Assembly (NCBI GenBank): GCA_002256025.1
Contig: NKIB01013620.1
Location: 1-54,647, forward strand
DNA from: Asterionella formosa
Taxonomy: Eukaryota
DNA length: 54,647 nucleotides
Direction of reading: 5' to 3'
In this document: positions 45,761 to 54,647 of the stretch, in pieces
Layout of the letters: every line of letters begins with the position of its first letter
Numbering within the stretch: position 1 is the first letter of the stretch
The notes under the pieces: generated by a model
Seen by the model: the letters and a program-made list of their open reading frames with translations, nothing else
What the model was told of the DNA's origin: nothing
Database searches by the model: none
Position numbers and translations under genes: made by a program

Positions 45761-46296
45761 TGATGTGTCTATGTATATATTTTCTTGGGCAAGAGCAAGC
45801 CATTTCTGGTATGAGCAGCAAGTCTTGAAATAATATTCTTGGAATTTGTATGGCGTCATTCATGCCTAAAAACATGGGTATATATATATTATTTTGCAAT
45901 GTTATTTATACCAACTGTAAATAAATTTGGTCATGCAGCACAATTGCAAATTTTGGGGTTATGGGTACAACAATTTATATTACCCGGTACCGATATTAAA
46001 AAATGCTTTTTTTTTTCGAAGCAAGCTCACAAAGCACAGGGTACCGCATTTTATTGTATGCAGGAAGGTTAGTACCAGGGTACCGTAAACGAATTTAGCC
46101 TCACATCTGGAGGAGGATATCGACGACTCAGTCAAAGTTTTTTTATTTGAGAGTAAATAATAACAACAGCATTGACACGGCCATCTGTTACACCCTCAGT
46201 CTCACCTTTATCTTAATTGATATTGTCTTGTTAATTGAGTGTATTAAGCGATTGTAAAGTCTAGGATTTATTCTTCGTGTTATAAGATTTCAAACG

Positions 46297-48893
46297 ATGC
46301 TGGAAGAAGGACTGATGAAAACGACGTTTCCGCCCGGAGATGCTGCCCTTGCTATGCTCTCCTTTGTTCGGTTTGAGCTACCAGAGGGAGGTGCAAGTGC
46401 TGAGGAACGCTTCTTGAGGCTCTTCTCGCTGTTGAATGACCGAATATTTGGACCTATTTCAAGTCGTGAGGAGCAATTCCGCCATGAAATTGGGGGCTGG
46501 TTTTCCTTTCAGAACAGATGGGACCGGCCATCGTCGTCGCGGTCAAAAAACAGCGGAGCGCACACGAGTCATGGGGGGAAACAGTTATCAATTGACTTAG
46601 ATCCAGTTGTTCAGCTACTTTGTGGAATTGAAGCCCTCGTAGCCAAAGACAAGCTACCAACCATGATTGAAGCCATTTCGTTGGAAGCAGAGCACAGACC
46701 TGGTGTGCACTTTCAGTTCCCCTTTGAAGCCCTGCCACAGCCGACACAGAACATGGTGCTAGCCATGATACAGTCTAGTATCGACGGAAAGCCGGTTGAC
46801 AGCCGGAGTAGAACCAATTGTGAGCGACTCTTCCAAGAAGTGCTGCGGGTCCCCCCGAAGGAGCAACATGAGCTTCGACGCTACCAAGCATCCAAAATAC
46901 AGCAGAAGCAGGACTGTAATCGACCCTTAACCATGAGCCCTGTTTCAAGAGTCGTTTCTCCGTTTCAGAATATCACAAACTCTTCGCCAGGGAAGAAACA
47001 GGATGAACTCAAGATTCCTCAAATAATGCTGACAATGCTAGAGGTATACTTCGTGACTTTTATCAGATATGCACTTGCTGCTCCTAAGCCTGCTTCGCCT
47101 CAACCCCAGGGTATCGCTTCCAAGAGTACAACGCATCGATCAATGCCATACGGCGAACAAGTCTACGTCCACCTATTTAAATGTTATTTGCTGCATTTTT
47201 TCCCTCACACCGAAGTGCGAAAGGATTTCATTGGTTTTACTCCGCTTCATCGTGATTCGGAAATGTTCTTGCGTACTGTACTTGAGTTTTGGTTTGCTTG
47301 TGATATGTCTTTCACATCGATAACGAAATCATTGGCTTTACTTCAAGATCGCCGAGGAATGGATACGTCCCTCGACCTCAGTACCATATTCGACCTCATG
47401 ATCGTCAACTACGATCCTCCTCTACCGATCGTGCAGACATCGATTCGTAGTCTGGTTATTCATTTACTGAAAAATCCTGATATCACTCTTGGAGTTAACG
47501 ATTGTATGGAAGTTGCAGAAAGGTTTTCAGCAGGAGAAAACAGTGGTGCACCTCCGGTTTTACCCTGGTGCCTGAACCCGTCCCTTACAGTTTTACAGCA
47601 AACCTTTTACAACTACATCACTGCAACCTTTCGTCATGCACCAATTCATGTTGCGGCTTCTCCGTTCTTTACCGCATTGGACACGTGGCTAATTTGGTTG
47701 GAGCCCTGGAATGTCGAATTTAGTAAGTTTGTTGTGTTGGACTTCGTTTCCCCTCGCACCTCCTGATCTAACCCGAGCCCGTAGGACGAAAGAACTCAAT
47801 TAACACGTCGGAGAACTCGGCCGTCAAGGCAAGGAAAATGTTGGCCAACACTGTGGCCAATATTTCTCATGGCCAGCAAAAGATTGATCACATTCCTGTG
47901 CTCATTCTTCCCAAGAGCAAATCTAGTAGCCGATTCACTAGAAAATGGGAACCGTATATAGCTGCAAATCTTCATTTTTATACCGCACCTCTCGCTATTT
48001 TTCTCCGACGAGCTTCCGAATTGGATTTTTCGTCGACCGACTTTGCCCGATCATTCTGTTTGGTGCAACGGGTATTCCGTGTCTATTCTCCTGAAGTTGT
48101 AAATGCGATTAATTCCTTGCTTGCCGGCGGTGGAAGTCACGCTCTTTCTAGTTTGGTTGCATCCCATAATCACCATCTTGCTGACTTTTCCCCTGCACAT
48201 TTGGGGCAGTTATCGCTTTCTTCACTTTGTAAAGATACGCGAAATCTTCTGGAGGAAATATACTCTCAGTACACCAAGAAAGTCAGCGAGCGTGACATTT
48301 TTGACCGCATGGAGGTGAGGATTGAAAGGTTACTTGCATGTGTTGGATTGTTGCCAACGATAAGTGGGGAAGAGCGAGACATTCAGATTCTTGTTGAGAA
48401 AGCCAGGATGATCGTGAATCTTCCTCATGACTATAATGTTGTTCCAGACCCTACCAAACATTTGTTAGGTAGAGTAAGAGTAGGCGAAAGTTCGCAGCTC
48501 GAACGCGACAAAGATGGTATGCTCACCGAGAGAGGGCGAACTCGGCTAATGGCGGGAGAGGTTACTTGCACTCCTATAGATGCTATGCTATTTGGAGACA
48601 GAATGCGGTCAAAGCCGAAAAGCCATGAGATTGCCATGCTTGTCCCCTGGACCATTTATGCTTCAGACTGGATAAATGTCAAACTTGGCCTAGATGACCA
48701 ACACAAGAAACGCGCTGTGGCCAAGAGCACAGAAAATCCAAGCGACTCAGTGCTAGAGGCTTTGTTGGAAGAAGGCAGAACAAGTCGAAAATACTGGATT
48801 CGTGTGAACCTACGATTTCTGGCTGACTACAGAAATGTATTTCTCATTTGGGTTGCAACATGGGGCCTAAGAAAATATTTGGACTGGCACTGA
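46297..48893 (+). CDS. SMPD4: Sphingomyelin phosphodiesterase 4 (nSMase3/SMPD4)-like protein (exons 46297-47722, 47785-48893)
   Basis: LEVYFVTF, FLRTVLEFW, LDTWLIWLEPW, WEPYIAANLHFYT, KSHEIAMLV...SDWIN and NLRFLADYRN plus a C-terminal TM. A 62-nt GT-AG intron joins the two ORFs in frame. Confidence 0.75.
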
Positions 48894-49592
48894 TATTTTC
48901 AAAAATTATTTACTTCATTGTCAGTAGCCATCAGATTCTGGGAGAATATGCACAGTCCAACCAATGGATTCAAATGTGGTGTAGTATTAGGTATGTGCAT
49001 ACTGGTAGGCCCTTCTATATATGGCACTGGTGCTACATAAAGAAATTGAAATACATAATGACCATCACAATTATATGTTGAGATGTTCCAGATCTCCTTG
49101 ATAACACTTGCATGCACAGTACTAGTTCTCCACTAGCTAGAAGTTTGACAACACTTTATTCTGCTTTTAGTCAATGTTTGATTACTTCTTCTTACAATCT
49201 TGCCAAATTATACTTGGTCTTACCAAATTGATTTGCTTAATAAATTTTACTTTCTTGGTCTTGTTCGTCACCTCACTTCACTCTTTCTCATTGCACAATT
49301 GTTGATTCCAATCATTTCAGTCTTATGAGCTAATCTTGCATGTTGGACTCCATCTGTAGGAATTGCTATTCTCTTTATGAATCCCCCTTTATTGATTCTG
49401 TTGTACACCAGAGGATGGCATCTGCTGCTGTTGAAGCGGAAACTGTTTATGTGCATACCCCTGTATTTGATTGTTGAGTAGTACTGCAATTGGAGTACAT
49501 AAAACATCATATATACTGGTATAGCATTCAGTAGGTAGACTGCACCATATCAGCTACATACATCTATACAAATAAAATTATTCTACTATCTA

Positions 49593-50031
49593 TGTAGAGT
49601 TAAATACCAATTTATACCTCTCCAGAATTTTGGTTCCCACATGACTTTTCTAGTCACTGGCCAACCTGCCCATTGTGGATACTCCACCACTACAACTAAC
49701 TTCCTGTCTCTTAACAGTCCTGCCAGGACTGTTGTTTCTCCTCTATTACTAGTTTCCTGTACCACAACAGTCCTGTCCGTTGTGGTTACTCCCCTATCAA
49801 CAAGTTCCGGTCCCACAACAGTCATGTCCATTGTGGTAACTCCAATTTAATAGTTTCCTGTCTCTCCAACTTGACTGTTGTCAACTGGCGACAACTCCTA
49901 GCTTCTACTTTTATCATTTAACATTTAGCTCACTTTATTCCGAAACATAGAGTCTACAAGCCTTCATTTAAGTTACAATTCTTCAATTATCTACAGTTTC
50001 CATAACACTTTCAAGTTGTAGTAGCTATACA
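49593..50031. mobile_element. Possible solo LTR
   Basis: TGTAGAGTTA...TAGCTATACA (TG..CA, imperfect inverted ends), internal triple repeat CCTG[C/T]CC[A/G]TTGTGG..ACTCC, and AATAAA on the minus strand. No matching TSD. Confidence 0.4.
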
Positions 50032-50319
50032 GATACCATTGGAGTACCTGGTACCTGGAAGTTGTTTTAATTTTATTTCTTCATGTTGTTCATTCCCAAA
50101 ACCAACAGGTATTTCCTGACTTAGGAGGAGCCATTAAGAAATCAAAGTTTGAAACTTCTAATGGCTTCGCCAGCTGGCCGAAATAAACACAAAAGGGCAA
50201 ATTCGATATTTTCAGATAATTCAGTAGCTTCGATAGCATACTTCATGTTGCTTTGTCGGCTTCCAGCACTATATAAATTGCCAATTTGGAACCAATGAAT
50301 TCTCAGTGGATAAAAAACT

Positions 50320-50880
50320 TATTTCACATCTTTTGCTTCAATTATTCGTGATATTGTTTTAGTTTTAGTCTTATTTGTTGTGTACCTACTGTGAAAGAGT
50401 CGATGCTGCTTGTAAATTCATTGTTTTAAAAATCGTGCATCTCTAATTACATAAAATATGTGCCATCAGCGACTTCAGATTTCCTTGTCAATATTAGTGA
50501 TTTAGAATAATTCTTTTATGATTGCTCATAACATCATTCTCGTTTTGAATTGTGAATCGCTAATTTACATGAAAAAATGTGCCATCAGCGACTTCAATTT
50601 TCAGGTTTTTTTAAATATTAGTGTTATTGCAATAATTCTTATATGATAGTACTGATTATGCTGTGCTTAACTGATATATGTTCCAAATAGGAAAGCTTCA
50701 TTCTCAATTTTTGTGGATATACTCGCTATTTTCATCATACCAAAATGATACCTTTTTTGACCCCTCCAAAAAGGTATCAGTGATACTGGCAAATTCAGGC
50801 AAGTATCATTGCCATTGTCACCGATAAAATAACCCGAAAATATGCATTCAGGGGCACTTATTTTTAATAACATAGGTATA
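50320..50880 (+). mobile_element. MITE-like repeat (same family as 31120-31420) with an internal ~118-bp duplication and small hairpins
   Basis: TGTGCCATCAGCGACTTCA occurs twice. Hairpin TGATACCTTTTT..AAAAAGGTATCA at 50746-50779. Homology to 31120-31420 and 9640-9830. Confidence 0.6.
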
Positions 50881-51796
50881 TATATTATTTTATTAGTATG
50901 GTGTGTGTATCAAAGCAACACCATGCAAATCATTCTGGTGGCATCAGAAAGAAACTAATATCTGTCTTGATTCTTCTTGACAACCGCCCAGCCACTGGGG
51001 GCTTTCATCGGCTGTGCCATCGTTTGACTTTAATAATGTATTATTGCAACAGATCAGTCATTAGATTCTCCCTGAGTATAGCCAGCACAGCAGGTAACAT
51101 ACATGCTTACTACATTTTATTCTTATTTCATTTTCAACCTGCATTGTTATTTCATTGTCTGCTTATACATCAGAGGACTGTTTAAATTCGCATTACACAT
51201 GACGAAGCTAGCAAAATCCGGCAGTATCGTATTTGTACCCATAGACAGTGGTGGTACCAGCAAGTTGCGGCAAAATTGCTGAAATGACGATTTGGACATC
51301 TCGGATATATACCCCTATAGATCCAATGCTAAAATATAGTCTGGCAGCTCGGATAACGTTTATTTGTCATTCGTGGCATGATTGTTTTGAATACAATTAT
51401 GCTAGAATCCGAATTGCCAGGAACTATTTTTAGGTCGCTCTCATTCCCCCAATCTCAATCCCGGGAAGTTTTACTGGAGAGCTAGATTCCGTCGGTGTCA
51501 CAAGCGCGCACAGAGCAATCAAAGAATATGTTTGTCGACCCCCGCCAAAGAGTGTACCGGTACATGTTCCGGAATAAATATGGCGGACATGATGCATGTC
51601 GGTACCGGCATGTATAATATACCGGTACGGTACCAGGTACCAGTACCGGTACTCTCTGCTTTCATCCTTTCATACTGTTTACTGTATGCCGTACATATTG
51701 ACTATTCATAATAGTCTACCAGACCTGGTACCGTACGTAGAGCTGACATGGAGCACCCGGAGTGAACATAAAAATGTAAGTACCGTACACAAGAAC

Positions 51797-52741
51797 ATGG
51801 TGGGCAAAAAGCAAATGGTCATGGCCCCGTCCGAAAACAATGTGATGATCACCATGGTGGCCATCCTTGGGACGATGTTGGCGATATTGGCTGGCCTCGT
51901 GACCATTCAGACCCCCCAAAACGGATCCGATTCGAGGTTTCTGCCTTCTCCGAACCACCAGCCATCCAAATACGCATACGAAATGTTCGCCTTGGCTTAC
52001 ACTCCAATTTGGATCTTTTGTTTTGGCGTCATTATCGTGGGGCAGATGTACGAAAGATTTGACGCGTTTGCATACAATGCTGTTTGTGGGGGACTTGCTC
52101 TTCCATTGGTTCTCCAGCCAATTTTCTTTCCGTCCGCCGGCTTTGGTTCTCCGGACGAAAGCCGATCGCTTTTCAAACGATTTTCAACGAAAGCGAATTT
52201 ATGGATTGCCATCTACTCATTTATCGGAAATTACTGGTATACACATTATTTCTTCACGGTGTTGAAAGCGAAATACACCATGCCAGCAGTCAGACTTAAC
52301 AACGTTCCTATTTGTATGTTCTTCGCAACTCATTTTTACTTTTCTACCTATCATGTGTTTTCCAATATTTTACTTCGAAAAGTCATCACAAGCTATGAAG
52401 CTGGAGTGAGACGAACCGTGTTGTTTGTGGGGGTCGTCACTGTATTTTCCTACTTTACCGCATTCATGGAAACTTTGACAATTTCATCATTTCCTTACTA
52501 TTCCTTTGAAGACCAAGACATGGCTTATACAATTGGATCCGCCTTCTACGCCATTTATTTTTTGGTCAGTTTTCCTGCCTTCTTCTTCTTTGACGATGAC
52601 GTGGATTTTAAGAGTGCAAAGCCCATGTCTATTCTGGACACTGTTGTCTCCAGTTGTGGTTATGGAATGATGATCTTGTGCTTTTTAGACTTTGTCCGTT
52701 TGTACCTTGCGATTCCCCTCACTATTGAGCTATCAACATAA
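51797..52741 (+). CDS. CPI1: Cycloeucalenol cycloisomerase (cyclopropyl sterol isomerase)
   Basis: YTPIWI, KANLWIAIYSFIGNYWYTHYFF.VLKA.YT.P..RLNNVPI, THFYF..YH and TAFMETLTISSFPYYSFED..MAYTIGSAFYAIYFLVSFP; multi-pass membrane protein. Confidence 0.93.
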   Translation: MVGKKQMVMAPSENNVMITMVAILGTMLAILAGLVTIQTPQNGSDSRFLPSPNHQPSKYAYEMFALAYTPIWIFCFGVIIVGQMYERFDAFAYNAVCGGLALPLVLQPIFFPSAGFGSPDESRSLFKRFSTKANLWIAIYSFIGNYWYTHYFFTVLKAKYTMPAVRLNNVPICMFFATHFYFSTYHVFSNILLRKVITSYEAGVRRTVLFVGVVTVFSYFTAFMETLTISSFPYYSFEDQDMAYTIGSAFYAIYFLVSFPAFFFFDDDVDFKSAKPMSILDTVVSSCGYGMMILCFLDFVRLYLAIPLTIELST

Positions 52742-52823
52742 AAAGAAATTTCACAGTCCTTGCTCGTCACAAAGTCAACGTGGTTCTCCAATAAATATGT
52801 TGCCCACTAATTATTCACACTTC

Positions 52824-53756
52824 CTAGTTGTTTTCGCGTGCTTCATTCGCAGCTATTTGCTCCTCCAGTATCTGCTGCATTGCCAGTTGCTCCTCGTGTC
52901 CACCATCGCCTCCAAAGCCCATGGCAATTGCAGCTTGCCGCTGCCGCTTAAGCTCTCGGCGTTGCTCTAAATTGCCCCTGCGAGCCTTTTTGCCGGACTT
53001 TCGCGATTGCGGTCTCACAGCACGTTCATCTTCCTCGTCGTCTTCTTCCTCATCCTCTATGCGTGCCGGCATAGGATGCCTTCTAACGGGTGCTTCATTG
53101 CGTCGATCGTCCGCTCCTGCAAAGCCCATAGCCCCAACTCCCATGGCACCACCAACATGTTGCTGCACCAACGCCTCCACGTCAACGCTACCCATGATAC
53201 TTTGAAATCCTCTGTTGAAGACGGAGTATGCGGATATTCTGTCCCTGTTCTCATTGTTACCAAGACCAATTGTAAAGATTGCAACCAAGGCACTTAGAAT
53301 CAATACTAGCGGTCCAGCATCCAAGGCCCTTTTGGAAAGAATAAAACAAAGAAAATCAAAAATAACAAAACCTGTGAGCTCCAGCCGAACTGTAAACGAT
53401 GCGCACCATATATAGCTTAGCTGTTGCAGACTAATATTTGAATTGACTTACTCGTGAATATAGCGAATGGCGTAGCAATAGGTCAGTGCTCCTCCCACTA
53501 TCATCCAGCCCTGACTAGACATGCGTAGCAGAAACTCCCAGAAGGCTCGGGCTGCGGTCGGAAAAGTTTCGGTCAAGATGTGTCGAGCTTTGATTCCATA
53601 CTGATGCATATATGCTCTCCAGGCCCCAGCATCTACTGACGCGAAACGAATGGGTTGCAATTCATAGCAAACAGCGCGCATGTAGGCCATTTTCGAAGCT
53701 CCTGGGCGACGCGCTTCATCCCACAGCGCTCTAGATCGTTTGTATCCTGGAGGCAT
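52824..53756 (-). CDS. SAYSD1: SAYSvFN-domain membrane protein (exons 53756-53452, 53328-52824)
   Basis: A hydrophobic hairpin followed by ISAYSVFNRGFQSIMGS. The phase-2 GTAAG..AAG intron 53451-53329 joins two ORF-track ORFs. Confidence 0.85.
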
Positions 53757-53997
53757 TTTTCTCGCTTGCAGAGACTTTAAGTGACAGGTGGGAATGTTAA
53801 TGGGCAAAAGCAAAGAACGAATGTTGGCCAAAAGACATCAATGGTGACAGGAACAAGATTCATATGAACACTTGTGCTTTTTTTTTTTTTATACGCGGTA
53901 CCTGGTAGCACCGTAGATAGAAATGATGCATACCACTACGTACCTGTATATATAATTGCACATACCTATATTTTTACTGGCCTCGACTTCGACGACT

Positions 53998-54135
53998 TAC
54001 AGAAGGTAAGACACGACCAAAGGCGGGTGGTGGAGACAGAGGTGCCTGCGAGTATACAGGTGTGTTAAAAGCTTTGTACTCCTTCCTGCGGGCTGGGTTT
54101 CTTTCGGTAGACTCTCACGTGCTAGAAGTACTACC
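53998..54135 (-). repeat. Third, partial copy of the hairpin-element terminus fused to a copy of the 29250-29322 repeat
   Basis: TA|CAGAAGGTAAGACACGACC...GTGGAGAC...TGCCTGCGAGTAT...TGTGTT is the reverse complement of 33720-33777. 54060-54135 is the reverse complement of 29250-29322. Confidence 0.8.
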
Positions 54136-54647
54136 TGGTACCATAGGTCGGTGATTTTATACTGCAGTTAACTGCGAGCCATTTTTTGGCTTCCAGCAGT
54201 ATACCAGTTATACTTCTACTAACGTGAGGCAGTATGGTATTGGGGAGTCCCACCAGTTATTATTACAGTTACTTTATTCCAATCCAACAGTATACTGGTA
54301 TACTGATACTGGTAAATATTACGTACAGTATACTGATCAAGAACAATGCGAGCAATGCGCCCGTACGCGAAAATTGGGCCCTCCTAGGTTTACTTGATGA
54401 TTATAAATTATCAAGATAGGGCTATGCTTAGCATGGTTAATCATACAAGACATAATGTAATCAGGTAATAGAAATGTTGTCCTTTCGAAGATATTGATAC
54501 TATCTTATATCATAATACCTTCTGGTGACCTGAAATTGGTGGTTGTCATATAGGTAACAAGAAAAAAATTGCTATTGATGCTATCATAATATATTCAAAA
54601 GTAGTTCCCCCAGTGAGTTAATCTGTAAATTATCTTGAAAAAGTCTC

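Overview
Eukaryotic nuclear DNA, very probably from a diatom. The evidence is short GT-AG introns, bipartite signal-peptide/ASAF-type plastid presequences, a bHLH-PAS factor and a diatom CoDi-type Copia gag relic. There is one 495-bp assembly gap (4600-5094). About 15 protein genes could be modelled by hand, several of them split or missed by the ORF track: a multi-pass membrane protein, a bHLH-PAS transcription factor, ERO1-like, SUZ12/VEFS-box, gamma-CA-like, CKS1, a histidine phosphatase, a giant HAD-like protein, DBR1, BRAP2/ETP1-like, SMPD4-like, CPI1, SAYSD1-like and several hypothetical proteins. A tRNA-Ala(AGC) is also present. Gene clusters alternate with CpG-depleted islands of decayed transposons. 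The most unusual signals are: (1) a repeated ~180-nt rod hairpin at the TA-flanked end of a long-TIR element, with periodic face-to-face CGAG/CGAG tandem G.A motifs; (2) TA-C(N)nG-TA / GGTACC-rich arrays that sit almost only upstream of gene starts; (3) an otherwise intact, apparently plastid-targeted ERO1 with two in-frame stops (TGA-TCC-TAG) right after its YTGY motif; (4) a separate multi-branched structured element at 21267-21425. All family assignments come from motif recognition by eye, not database searches.
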